Part shown: piece by piece, positions 1 to 9,366 of the stretch
Numbering within the stretch: the stretch's first letter is position 1
Layout: each line of letters starts with the position of its first letter
Source: Bradymonadia bacterium
GTDB taxonomy: Bacteria; Myxococcota_A; Bradymonadia; UBA7976; UBA1532
Direction: 5' to 3'
DNA: 64,000 nucleotides
Assembly (NCBI GenBank): GCA_049318805.1
Contig: JBMOFP010000001.1
Span: 61,247 to 125,246 of the forward strand
Translations under genes and position numbers: made by a program
Notes under the pieces: generated by a model
Seen by the model: the letters and a program-made list of their open reading frames with translations, nothing else
What the model was told of the DNA's origin: nothing
Databases searched by the model: none

Positions 1-1
1 G

Positions 2-1201
2 TTCGGGATCGAGATCGGCGGAGAGCCGCGCGTCGATCTGGGCGGTGTGCATCGCCGCAAGGCCAAGGTCGTGCAGCAGAACGCCGGGGGCGTCACCTTC
101 CTGCTGAAGAAGAACAAGGTCGACCTCGTGCAGGGCCACGGAAGCCTCGCGGGTCCGGGCCGCGTGAAGGTGGTCGGGCCCAAGGGCGAGCAGGTGCTCG
201 AGACCCGGCACGTCATCCTCGCCATGGGCTCCGTGCCGCGCCGGCTCCCCACCATCGAGATCGACGGCAAGCGGGTCCTCACGAGCGACGAGCTGCTCGA
301 GCTCGACGAGATGCCGCGTCACCTGCTCGTGCTGGGCGCTGGCGCCGTCGGCGTCGAATTCGCCAGTGTTTACAGGAGCTTCGGGTGTGAGGTCACCCTC
401 GTCGAGCTGGCCGACAGGCTCGTTCCCGTCGAGGACGACGAGGTCAGCGCCGAGTTCGAGCGGGTGTATCGCAAGCGCGGCATCAATGTGCACACGGGCA
501 CCAACGTCACGGGCGTCGAGGTGCTCGAGAACGGTGTGCGGGCCTCGCTCGCGGGCCCGAAGGGTGAGCTCCCGCCCGTGAACGCGTCGCACATGCTCGT
601 GGCCGTCGGGCGCCGACCGGTCACCGAGGGCTGCGGTCTCGAGGGCACACGCGTCGAGCTCGAGCGGGGTTTCATTCGAGTCGATGGGTTCCAGCGCACG
701 GGCGAGCCGGGTGTTTACGCCATCGGGGACATCGTGCTCGGCAAGCCTCAGCTCGCGCACGCGGCGAGCAACGAGGGCATCGTCGCCGTGGAGCACCTCG
801 CCGGGTTGAACCCGCCCGTCATCGACTGGCTCCAGTGCCCGGGAGCGACCTACAGCAGCCCCGAGATCGGGAGCCTCGGCCTGACCGAACGCGAGGCCCG
901 CAAGCGGGGCTTCAACGTGAAGGTCGGCAAGTTCCCCTTCAGCGCCATCGGCAAGGCCCGGATCCTCAACCAGACGGACGGCTTCGTGAAGATCGTCGCC
1001 GACGCCGGCTGCCACGACCAGATCCTCGGCGTGCACATCATCGGCCCCCGCGCCACGGACCTGATCGCCGAGGCCGGACCGTTGTTGAAGAACGAGTTCA
1101 CGCTCGAAGAGCTGGCGCGCACGATCCACGCCCACCCCACGCTGTCCGAGGCCGTCGTCGAGGCGGCGCACGCCACGCTCGGCCACGCGATCCACATCTA
1201 A
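2..1201 (+). CDS. lpdA: Dihydrolipoamide dehydrogenase (E3), 5'-partial
   Basis: Frame is open from base 2. NAD-binding GAGAVGVE, YAIGD, LAHAAS and C-terminal HAHPTLSE motifs. The N-terminal FAD/disulfide region lies upstream of the window. Confidence 0.95.
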   Translation, partial: FGIEIGGEPRVDLGGVHRRKAKVVQQNAGGVTFLLKKNKVDLVQGHGSLAGPGRVKVVGPKGEQVLETRHVILAMGSVPRRLPTIEIDGKRVLTSDELLELDEMPRHLLVLGAGAVGVEFASVYRSFGCEVTLVELADRLVPVEDDEVSAEFERVYRKRGINVHTGTNVTGVEVLENGVRASLAGPKGELPPVNASHMLVAVGRRPVTEGCGLEGTRVELERGFIRVDGFQRTGEPGVYAIGDIVLGKPQLAHAASNEGIVAVEHLAGLNPPVIDWLQCPGATYSSPEIGSLGLTEREARKRGFNVKVGKFPFSAIGKARILNQTDGFVKIVADAGCHDQILGVHIIGPRATDLIAEAGPLLKNEFTLEELARTIHAHPTLSEAVVEAAHATLGHAIHI

Positions 1202-1205
1202 TCCG

Positions 1206-2189
1206 ATGGCCGTGAAGACCTTTCTCGAGGCGCTCCGCGAGGCGCTGTGGGAAGAGATGGAAGACGACGAACGCGTCTTCCTGCTCGGCGAAGACATCGG
1301 CGCCTACGGCGGCGCGTTCAAGCTCACGCAGGGCTTCCGGGAGCGCTTCGGGGCGCAGCGGGTCATCGACACCCCCATCGCCGAGGCCGGCATCATCGGC
1401 GCGGCCACCGGCGCGGCGCTCATGGGCCTTCGCCCGGTCGCCGAGATCCAGTTCCTCGACTTCCTCTCGTGCGGCTTCGACCAGCTCACGAACTTCGCCG
1501 CGAAGTGCCACTACCGCTGGGGCGCCCCGGTGCCCATCGTGGTGCGCGGGCCCAGCGGCGCCACGGGTGGCGGACCGTTCCACAGCCAGAGCGTCGAGGT
1601 GTATTACCTCAAGACCGCGGGTATCAAGGTCGTGCAGCCCTCCACCGCGGCGGACGCGAAGCTGCTCCTCAAGGCCGCGATTCGGGACCCGAACCCGGTG
1701 CTCTTCATCGAACACAAGGGCCTGTATCGCGCGCCCGCGCTCCGCGAAGAGCTCCCGGGCCGAGAGGCCGTGGGTGAGCTCGGTCGCGCCGCGATCCGCC
1801 GCGACGGGCAGGACCTCGCGATCATCACCTACGGCATGATGGTCCACAAAGCCCTCGAGGCCGCGGAGCGCATCGCCTCGGAGGACGGCGCCCAGGTCCG
1901 GGTCGTGGACCTGCGCACTCTCCAACCGCTCGACGACGCGGCCATCGTCGCGGCGGTCCGGGAGTGCGGCGGGCGTGTGCTCATCGTGCACGAGGACACC
2001 CGCACGGCCGGACTCGCGGGCGAAATCACGAGTCGAATCAACGAGTTCGCATTCGAGTGGCTGGACGCGCCCGTGCGGCGCGTCACCGCCCCGGACACCC
2101 CCGTTCCTTACAACAAGACCCTCGAGGCGGCCTTCCTGCCGCAGGTCGAGGACATCGTCACCCAGGCGCGTTGGCTTCTGAGGTACTGA
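1206..2189 (+). CDS. 2-oxoacid dehydrogenase E1 beta subunit (branched-chain/pyruvate type)
   Basis: LGEDIG, RVIDTPIAE, PVAEIQF, HSQS, DPNPVLFIEHK and VVDLRTL motifs; lies between E3 and E2. Confidence 0.93.
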   Translation: MAVKTFLEALREALWEEMEDDERVFLLGEDIGAYGGAFKLTQGFRERFGAQRVIDTPIAEAGIIGAATGAALMGLRPVAEIQFLDFLSCGFDQLTNFAAKCHYRWGAPVPIVVRGPSGATGGGPFHSQSVEVYYLKTAGIKVVQPSTAADAKLLLKAAIRDPNPVLFIEHKGLYRAPALREELPGREAVGELGRAAIRRDGQDLAIITYGMMVHKALEAAERIASEDGAQVRVVDLRTLQPLDDAAIVAAVRECGGRVLIVHEDTRTAGLAGEITSRINEFAFEWLDAPVRRVTAPDTPVPYNKTLEAAFLPQVEDIVTQARWLLRY

Positions 2190-2190
2190 A

Positions 2191-3537
2191 ATGGCGACCG
2201 ATATCATCATGCCCCAGATGGGCGAGTCCGTGGCCGAGGGCACCATCGTGAGGTGGCTCAAGAACGTGGGCGACTCGGTCGACCGCGACGAGCCCATCTT
2301 CGAGATCACCACGGACAAGGTCGACGCGGAGATCCCGTCCCCCGAGGCCGGCGTGTTGCTCGAGATTCGCGTGGTCGCGGGGCAGACCGTCGAGGTCGGC
2401 GCCGTGGTCGGTGCCATCGGCGCCGCGGGCGAGAAGTCGGCGGGGGCGGCGGCGGCGCCCGCTGCTGCGGCGGCGCCCGCTGCGGCGGCGGCTCCGGCGG
2501 CGGTTGCAGCGGCCCCCGCGGCGCCGGCCCCCGCGCCGGTCGTCGAGAAGGCCCGCGCCGAGATGACCGCCGCCGAGCTGCGGCAGACACGCAGCACCCC
2601 GGTCGTGCGCAAGCTCGCCGAGGAGCATGGGATCGCCCTCGCCGAGGTCACGGGGACCGGCCTCGACAGCCGCGTGACCCGCAAGGACCTCGAGGCCTAC
2701 ATCGCGGCCGGCGGCGCGGCGAAGCCCGCGGCCGTGGCGGCCCCCGCGGCCGTGGCGGCCCCCGCGGCCCCCGCGCGGCCCGCGGCCGGTAAGGTCGAGC
2801 TCGGTATCCCGAAGGTCGCCGTGCACGCCGGTGTCAGCGACCGCGTCGAGCCGATGACCCCGATGCGCCGCACCATCAGCGACCGCATGATCCAGTCGAA
2901 GCACTACTCCGCCCACGTGCACACGTGCTTCGAGGTCGACTACAGCCGGGTCGACCAGCTCCGCCGCAAACACAAGGCCGCCTACGAGGCGCGCGGGGCG
3001 AAACTCACGTTCACGGCCTTCCTCGCCAAGGCCGCCGTCGACGCGCTGCGGGCCTTTCCCATCGTGAACTCGAGCCACGACGGCGAGCAGGTCACCTACC
3101 GCGGCCAGATCAACCTCGGCATCGCGGTGGCTCTGGACTGGGGCCTCCTCGTGCCCGTGGTCAAGAACGCGGACGAGCTCAACGTGCTCGGTTTGTCTCG
3201 GTCCATCAACGACCTCGGCGACCGCGCCCGCAACAAGAAGCTCCAGCCGGACGACGTCTCCGGGCTGACGTTCTCGATCACCAACCCGGGCATCTTCGGC
3301 AGCCAGTGGGGCACGCCGATCATCCCGCAGCCCACCGTGGCCATCCTCGGGGTGGGCACCATCGAGAAGCGGGTCAAGGTCGTGACGCTGCCCGACGGCA
3401 GCGACTCGATCGTGATCAAGACCTGCGGCTACCTGACGCTCGGCTTCGACCATCGGGTGATCGACGGCGCCGTCGCCGACCAGTTCATGGGCCACATCAA
3501 GAAGACGCTCGAGAACTTCGACGAAACGGCCCTGTGA
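2191..3537 (+). CDS. Dihydrolipoamide acyltransferase (E2)
   Basis: Lipoyl domain (MPQMGESV..TDKVDAEIPSP), Ala/Pro linker, E3-binding domain (TPVVRKLA..GTG) and catalytic DHRVIDG. Confidence 0.95.
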   Translation: MATDIIMPQMGESVAEGTIVRWLKNVGDSVDRDEPIFEITTDKVDAEIPSPEAGVLLEIRVVAGQTVEVGAVVGAIGAAGEKSAGAAAAPAAAAAPAAAAAPAAVAAAPAAPAPAPVVEKARAEMTAAELRQTRSTPVVRKLAEEHGIALAEVTGTGLDSRVTRKDLEAYIAAGGAAKPAAVAAPAAVAAPAAPARPAAGKVELGIPKVAVHAGVSDRVEPMTPMRRTISDRMIQSKHYSAHVHTCFEVDYSRVDQLRRKHKAAYEARGAKLTFTAFLAKAAVDALRAFPIVNSSHDGEQVTYRGQINLGIAVALDWGLLVPVVKNADELNVLGLSRSINDLGDRARNKKLQPDDVSGLTFSITNPGIFGSQWGTPIIPQPTVAILGVGTIEKRVKVVTLPDGSDSIVIKTCGYLTLGFDHRVIDGAVADQFMGHIKKTLENFDETAL

Positions 3538-4220
3538 ACCCGGACCCCGCCGCGCGCACGCTGCGTGTCCTCCACGTGGGCCGGATGGCCTACCGGGACG
3601 CCTGGGCGCTCCAGGACCGCCTCGTCGCGGCACACCACGCGGGTGAGGGCGAGGACACGCTGGTCCTCGTGGAGCACCCGCCGGTCGTGACGCTCGGGCG
3701 GGACGCGCGTCGGGAGCACGTGCTCGCATCAGCGGAAATGCTGGCGGCGCGCGGCATCGAGGTCGTCGAGACCGACCGCGGCGGCGACGCCACCTACCAC
3801 GGCCCGGGCCAGCTCGTCGGCTACGCGATCCTCGACCTGCGCAACGCTCGCCGCGACATCCGTCGGTTCGTGGACGGCCTCGAGCGGACGATGATCGACA
3901 CCGTCGCGGACTACGGTCTGAGCGCGGCGACGCGCCCCAAGCTGCCGGGTGTGTGGCTCGCCGAGCCCGAGCGCAAGATCGGCGCGCTCGGGGCGCGGGT
4001 CCGCCGCTGGGTCACGAACCACGGCTTCGCGCTTAACGTGAACACGGCGCTGGAGGACTTCGAGCTCATCGTGCCCTGCGGCCTGCGGGACAAGGGTGTC
4101 ACGAGCCTCGCCCGCGAGCTCGGTCGAGAGCTCCCCATGGCCGAGGTGGCGGAGCGCGCCGTCTTCCACTTCGCGCGGGCCTTCGAGCGGACTCTGCGCA
4201 TCGAGGAGGTCGCGGCATGA
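3534..4220 (+). CDS. lipB: Lipoyl(octanoyl) transferase
   Basis: EHPPVVTLG, RGGDATYHGPGQLVGY, KIGALG, HGFALNV and IVPCG motifs. The GTG start overlaps the E2 stop (GTGA). Confidence 0.95.
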   Translation: MNPDPAARTLRVLHVGRMAYRDAWALQDRLVAAHHAGEGEDTLVLVEHPPVVTLGRDARREHVLASAEMLAARGIEVVETDRGGDATYHGPGQLVGYAILDLRNARRDIRRFVDGLERTMIDTVADYGLSAATRPKLPGVWLAEPERKIGALGARVRRWVTNHGFALNVNTALEDFELIVPCGLRDKGVTSLARELGRELPMAEVAERAVFHFARAFERTLRIEEVAA

Positions 4221-5155
4221 GCGCATCGCCCCCGAACGACCTGACCCAGCTCGAGGAGCCGAAGCCCCGCGTGCGCAAACGCGAGCCGGGCCCGCGCCCC
4301 GACTGGTTGCGCGTGCGGTACAGCCGCAACGCCACCTTCGACGAGATCAAACGCCTGAAGGGCGACCTCAAGCTGCACACGGTCTGCGAAGAGGCGCGCT
4401 GCCCGAACATCGACGAGTGCTGGAGCGCCGGCACCGCGACCTTCATGCTCATGGGCGATGTGTGCACGCGGCACTGCGGCTTCTGCGCCGTGGGCAAGGG
4501 CAAACCCGGCGCACTCGATGCCGACGAACCGGCTCACACGGCGCTCGCCATCGACCGCATGGGCGTCAAACACGCGGTCATCACCAGCGTGAACCGCGAC
4601 GACCTACCGGACGGCGGCGCCGCGCACTTCGCCGCCACCGTTCGGGCGATCCGCACCCGCACGCCGCACGTCACCGTCGAGCTGCTCGTGCCGGACTTTC
4701 AGGGCAACCGCGCGGCCATGGACCTGGTCCTCGACGCCGATCCGCACATCGTCGCGCACAACGTCGAGACCGTGCCGCGGCTCTACCGGCGCGTGCGCCG
4801 CGAGGCCAACTACGCCCAGTCTCTGGCGTGCCTTCAGCAGATTCACGCGCGCGGCGTGCTCAGCAAGACCGGACTCATGCTCGGGCTCGGTGAGACGGAC
4901 GAAGAGGTCGAGAGTGTGATGTTCGAGCTGCGCGAGCACGGCTGCGACATCCTCTCCCTGGGGCAGTTCCTGTCCCCCACGGTGAAGCACCTCGCCGTCG
5001 AGCGCTGGGTCTCCCCCGACACCTTCGCGCGGCTCGCCGAGGTCGGCCGCGCCATGGGCTTCAAGCACGTCGAGGCGGGTCCGTTGGTGCGGTCGAGCTA
5101 CATGGCGCACCGCGCCGTCGAGGGCGACGCCCCGCCACCGACCGGCGCACTGTGA
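4217..5155 (+). CDS. lipA: Lipoyl synthase (radical SAM)
   Basis: CEEARCPNIDEC auxiliary-cluster motif, CTRHCGFC radical-SAM motif and C-terminal RSSY; ATGA overlap with lipB. Confidence 0.97.
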   Translation: MSASPPNDLTQLEEPKPRVRKREPGPRPDWLRVRYSRNATFDEIKRLKGDLKLHTVCEEARCPNIDECWSAGTATFMLMGDVCTRHCGFCAVGKGKPGALDADEPAHTALAIDRMGVKHAVITSVNRDDLPDGGAAHFAATVRAIRTRTPHVTVELLVPDFQGNRAAMDLVLDADPHIVAHNVETVPRLYRRVRREANYAQSLACLQQIHARGVLSKTGLMLGLGETDEEVESVMFELREHGCDILSLGQFLSPTVKHLAVERWVSPDTFARLAEVGRAMGFKHVEAGPLVRSSYMAHRAVEGDAPPPTGAL

Positions 5156-5308
5156 ACTGACTCGAGGACCGCCGCGAACGCTCTCGGTACGTATCGTATC
5201 GACCGCGCGAAGATGGGCCGCCGAGTTCAGAAAGACCGTTCGAACCCCGACGCGGCCAGCCGCCCCGGGGACTTCGAAACGGAACCCAGACGTCGATAGG
5301 CGCGAGAA

Positions 5309-5773
5309 ATGAAGGCGAAGATTGCCCTGAAGTGCGTGGCGGTCCTCTGCGCGATGGCCTTGATGGGGTGTGGCGACGAGGAGAGCGAGAGCGACGGCTC
5401 GGGCGGTTCGCCGGACGGGAGTGACCCGCCGAACGCAGAGGCACCGGTTGATGTCTGCGGGGCGCCGATGGAGAAGACCTGCGACCTCCCCGCGCCCGTG
5501 GGCGCGTGTGACACGTCGGCCCAGTTCGGGTTCTGCATCGAGTACTTCGAAGAATGCCTGCTCGAAGATCCGGAGCTCGAGGCGGGATGTGCAGACCTCG
5601 GCGGCCGGTTCATTCGTGGCGGTGGCTGTCCGGTGGTCGGTCGGCTGGGCACCTGCGTGGACGAGAGCCTCGCTTCGGCGGTGGCCCACGTGTACCAGAC
5701 GCCCGGGGTCACGGCACAGCAGGTGGAGACCTCGTGCGAGGGCGATGGCGACGCCGTCTTTTGCGCTCCGTGA
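5309..5773 (+). CDS. Hypothetical Cys-rich lipoprotein
   Basis: Lipobox LMGC after a basic/hydrophobic leader, an acidic linker and paired cysteines. Confidence 0.7.
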   Translation: MKAKIALKCVAVLCAMALMGCGDEESESDGSGGSPDGSDPPNAEAPVDVCGAPMEKTCDLPAPVGACDTSAQFGFCIEYFEECLLEDPELEAGCADLGGRFIRGGGCPVVGRLGTCVDESLASAVAHVYQTPGVTAQQVETSCEGDGDAVFCAP

Positions 5774-5877
5774 CGCGCGCCGTCGAGGGTGACGCGGGCC
5801 CCCCGCTCGGTGCAAAGTAGGGGTGCGTGCGTGGCCTTGGGTCGCGCGTGCCTCTGCCCACACACTGGAGTCGTCGG

Positions 5878-7197
5878 ATGAGCGGTGACGTGAAGCCCCT
5901 GAACTGCGCGGACTACTTCCCTTCGGCCGAGAACACGCCGGCCGTCGAAGCGCAGAGCCTCTCGCAGATGGCGAAGGGCATGCAGGGCAGCAAGATTCTG
6001 CAGATCGCCTACGCCGTGCAGGCGCGCATCAAGGCCGGGGCCCAGGTCGCGGACTTCACGGTCGGGGACTTCGCGCCGAGCGAGTTCCGTGTCCCCGATG
6101 CCCTCATCACCTACACCACGAAGGCGCTGCAGGAAGGGCACACGAACTACCCGCCCGCGGATGGTGTGGCCGAGCTGCGCCAGGCGCTTCAGGCCCAGGC
6201 GCGCCGCGAGCTCGCGCTCGACTACCCGCTCGACAGCTTCGTCGTCGGCTCGGGGGCGCGGCCGTTGCTCTACGGCGCTTACCGGTGCCTCATCGACCCC
6301 GGCGAGAAGGTCGTCTACCCGGCGCCGAGCTGGAACAACAAGAACTTCTGCCAGCTCGTCGGGGCGCAGTCTGTCGTGGTGCCGACCACGCCCGAGGGCA
6401 ACTTCATGCCCGACGTGGACGCCCTCAAGGCGCTCCTGCCGGGCGCCCGGATGCTCGTGCTCTGCTCCCCCGGCAATCCTACGGGCACCATGATTCGCGA
6501 GGCCCAGATGCGTGCGCTGTGCGACGCGATCCTGGCCGAGAACCACGGGCGCGAGGCCCGCGGCGAGCGACTGCTCTACCTCGTCTACGACCAGGTCTAT
6601 CGCAATCTGGTCTTCGGCGACGTCGCGCACGTGACGCCCGTGCAGATCGCCCCCGAGATGGCGCGGTATACGATCCTCGTGGACGCCATCAGCAAGTGCT
6701 TCGCGGCCACCGGCCTGCGGGTCGGCTGGTGCATCGCGCCGCCTTTCATCGCGCGGCAAATCAAGGCGCTGATGACCCATGTGGGGGCGTGGGCCCCGCG
6801 CCCGGAGCAGATGGCGACGGCCTCGCTCCTGAACGATCCCCCGGCGATGTCCGCGTACCTGGAGAAGCACCTTTCCGGTATCCACCAGCGCCTCGACCTG
6901 CTCGCCGAGGGCCTCGCCGCCATGAAGGCCGAGGGCCTGCCCGTGGACGTCATCGCCCCCGAGGGCGCCATCTACTTGAGCGTGAAGTTCGACCTCGAGG
7001 GCCGCGGCGGCCTCACGGACGAGGACGCCGTGCGGCTCTACCTGCTCGAGAAGGCCGGGTGCGCCGTCGTGCCCTTCAGCGCGTTCGGCGACACGAAGAA
7101 CAAAGGCTGGTGGCGCTTCAGCGTGGGTGCGGTCAGTCTCGACGCCATCCGGGCGTGCCTGCCCCGCGTTCGAGACGCCCTGCGCGCGCTCGGCTGA
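5878..7197 (+). CDS. PLP-dependent aminotransferase class I/II (aspartate aminotransferase-like)
   Basis: SPGNPTG, YDQVY and AISKCFAATGLRVGW (PLP lysine) motifs. Start placed at ATG 5878. Confidence 0.9.
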   Translation: MSGDVKPLNCADYFPSAENTPAVEAQSLSQMAKGMQGSKILQIAYAVQARIKAGAQVADFTVGDFAPSEFRVPDALITYTTKALQEGHTNYPPADGVAELRQALQAQARRELALDYPLDSFVVGSGARPLLYGAYRCLIDPGEKVVYPAPSWNNKNFCQLVGAQSVVVPTTPEGNFMPDVDALKALLPGARMLVLCSPGNPTGTMIREAQMRALCDAILAENHGREARGERLLYLVYDQVYRNLVFGDVAHVTPVQIAPEMARYTILVDAISKCFAATGLRVGWCIAPPFIARQIKALMTHVGAWAPRPEQMATASLLNDPPAMSAYLEKHLSGIHQRLDLLAEGLAAMKAEGLPVDVIAPEGAIYLSVKFDLEGRGGLTDEDAVRLYLLEKAGCAVVPFSAFGDTKNKGWWRFSVGAVSLDAIRACLPRVRDALRALG

Positions 7198-7204
7198 GCG
7201 CCCC

Positions 7205-7912
7205 TCACGCCCTCCGCAGGGCGCCGAAGAGCACCGGCACGCAGAAGCCGTAGTACAGCGCGTTGGGCACGACCCGCAGCGCGAATCCCAGGTCGCGGGT
7301 CTCGCCCGAGGTGTTCAGGATCACGAGGTCGGCCGTGATCCAGAGCGCGTAGTAGAGCATCGAGAAGTGCGCGACGCGCCGAGCCGAGGGATGCACCGCC
7401 CAGGGGCCCAGGCGAAGCCCGAGCATCACGACGAAGAACGTGAGCTCGTAGGCGAGGAAGAGCGTCCGCATCGGGTCCCAACCGGTCGGCCACACCCCGA
7501 CGAACGGGTTCGTCAGGAGCCAGGAGACGATGGGCGCGACGAGGGCGAGCGCGAGCGCGAGCGGCAGCCGCGCGAGGCCGGGCGCCTGGTGGGTGTGCGC
7601 GCCGGGTTGATTGAGGTGCACGCCCACCCAGAACACCCGTACGTCCCCGAAGAGCACGAGGAAGAACGGCACCACACTCGCCGTAAAGCCCGGGAGCGGG
7701 CCGAGGCCGAGCACCACGTTCGCCGAGAGCCACGCGTCCAGCGCCGAAACCCCGACCCAGGCGAGCGCCCACCGCACCGCCGACGGCGACGCATCTCCGC
7801 GCCGCCCCAGGATGAGCGCGAGCCCGACCAGGTTCACGACCCACAGCAGGCCCGGGTGTTGCCATGGGCTCGCGTAGAAGGCCTCGAAGGGCGGGGTCAG
7901 GTTCGGCGTCAT
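7205..7912 (-). CDS. Polytopic membrane protein of unknown function
   Basis: About 7 hydrophobic segments. The ATG at 7912 overlaps the stop of the cytochrome c gene (ATGA). Confidence 0.75.
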   Translation of the reverse strand: MTPNLTPPFEAFYASPWQHPGLLWVVNLVGLALILGRRGDASPSAVRWALAWVGVSALDAWLSANVVLGLGPLPGFTASVVPFFLVLFGDVRVFWVGVHLNQPGAHTHQAPGLARLPLALALALVAPIVSWLLTNPFVGVWPTGWDPMRTLFLAYELTFFVVMLGLRLGPWAVHPSARRVAHFSMLYYALWITADLVILNTSGETRDLGFALRVVPNALYYGFCVPVLFGALRRA

Positions 7913-8748
7913 GGCCGCTTCTGGTCCTTCATGGCGGTCAGGTAGGCGATGAGGTCCTCGACGACCGCTTCTCGGTTCGGGAGGCCCGGGTTCAGCGGGG
8001 GCATACGATTCGGCACCCGCACCGAGGTCGGCTCGAGCACCCACTGCCGCAGCGGCTTCGGCTGCCAGTACTCCGTGACGTTCATCGGACGGTTCAACTC
8101 CGGGCCGATCTCGCCGCCCTCACCGTTGAGCATGTGGCACTTCTGGCAGTGCATCCGCCACGCGAGGAAACCGCGCTGCGCCGCCGGGCTCGCCTTCGCG
8201 CCCGGGGCCAGCTTCGGAAAGCGGTCGAGGAACCGTACGGGCTCGAAGGCCACGAGCTGGTAGGGCCAGCCGTAGTCCAGGTCGGCGCGCACGACCTGGT
8301 CCCGTTGATTCTCCCACACCAGGTACCAGGGCCCGAGCTCGACGGTCTTCGTGGACTTGCCGTCGGACTTCGCGACCGTGAACTGCTGCGGCTGGTCCAG
8401 GCGCTTGTAGGCGATGAGCGCGGTGTGGTCGATGAACCGCTGCGCCGGGACGGAGGGCTGGAAGCCGTCGAGGCACGTCATCAGGAGCTCTTCGCTCGTA
8501 CGCCACTTCGGGCCGTAGGCCAGGTCGAGGACCTCGCGGGCGTCGAAGCCCTCGAACTCGACCACCTTGTGCTCGATGGGCTCGAAGACGGTGAGTCGGC
8601 GCGGGCTCAGCTTCTGCGCCAGCGTGACGGCGTCGAGCCGCGCGACGAGCGACGGCCCACGAAACTCGAGGGGCTTCTCCGCCGCCGACGCGATGCACGC
8701 GCTCGCAGTCAGCAGCACGAAGGCCAGGAGCGGCCAGAGCGGCCTCAC
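7909..8748 (-). CDS. Secreted monoheme cytochrome c with N-terminal SUOX/molybdopterin-oxidoreductase-like domain
   Basis: Signal peptide (MRPLWPLLAFVLLTASAC), CQKCH heme motif, GPEL and distal-Met RMP. The N-domain pattern FEG..CLDGF..GPWYLVW..WPYQL resembles Oxidored_molyb. GTGA overlap with the folE stop. Confidence 0.8.
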   Translation of the reverse strand: MRPLWPLLAFVLLTASACIASAAEKPLEFRGPSLVARLDAVTLAQKLSPRRLTVFEPIEHKVVEFEGFDAREVLDLAYGPKWRTSEELLMTCLDGFQPSVPAQRFIDHTALIAYKRLDQPQQFTVAKSDGKSTKTVELGPWYLVWENQRDQVVRADLDYGWPYQLVAFEPVRFLDRFPKLAPGAKASPAAQRGFLAWRMHCQKCHMLNGEGGEIGPELNRPMNVTEYWQPKPLRQWVLEPTSVRVPNRMPPLNPGLPNREAVVEDLIAYLTAMKDQKRP

Positions 8749-9290
8749 TCGAGGCGCCCTGCCGTGTACTCGGTGCGGGTCATGACCGTGTGGTCCGACG
8801 GGCCGCGGCTGCACATGCACAGGTGACGCGCCTCGCTCGTGACCCGCACGCCCTGGGCGCGGCCCGAGCGCATGACCTCGAGCGCCAGGTCGCGCACCAG
8901 GTCTTCCTGGATCTGGAATCGGCGACTGTAGGCCTGCACCAGGCGAGGGAACTTGCCCAGGCCCAGGATGCGATCCCCGGGTCGATAAGTGATCGAGACC
9001 TGCCCGAAGAAAGGCAGGAAGTGATGCGCGCAAATGGAGAAAAAGTTGATGTGTTCGACTGAAACCAGCCCAGGCCGCTCGTCGGGCTCCAGCAGGCGGG
9101 TCGTCTTCAGCACCGTGCCGGGATCGGTCTCGTAACCCGAGAGCAACTCCCTGTAGGCCTTGGTGATGCGCCGTTCCGCGGTCTCGGCCTCGCGCCCGTC
9201 GATGACGGTGCCCTCCGCCGAGCGACCGAACCAGGCCATCGCCTCACCGTTTTGGGTCACGTTCTCGAATAGCCACTGCGCAATGTCCAT
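8745..9290 (-). CDS. folE: GTP cyclohydrolase I (FolE family), divergent
   Basis: Zn ligands in CAHHFLPF and HLCM; GLGK, RRFQIQE and SRG motifs. Confidence 0.85.
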   Translation of the reverse strand: MDIAQWLFENVTQNGEAMAWFGRSAEGTVIDGREAETAERRITKAYRELLSGYETDPGTVLKTTRLLEPDERPGLVSVEHINFFSICAHHFLPFFGQVSITYRPGDRILGLGKFPRLVQAYSRRFQIQEDLVRDLALEVMRSGRAQGVRVTSEARHLCMCSRGPSDHTVMTRTEYTAGRLE

Positions 9291-9366
9291 CGTCGCCTCT
9301 CGCTCACGTGGGAATGGGTCCGCCCGCCGTCGCGCACGGACCCTACACCAGACGCGCGAGCGGCGC

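Noticed and set aside
5156-5308. GTTCGAACCC resembling a tRNA T-arm in the intergenic region
   Set aside because: No cloverleaf, acceptor stem or D-arm could be built.
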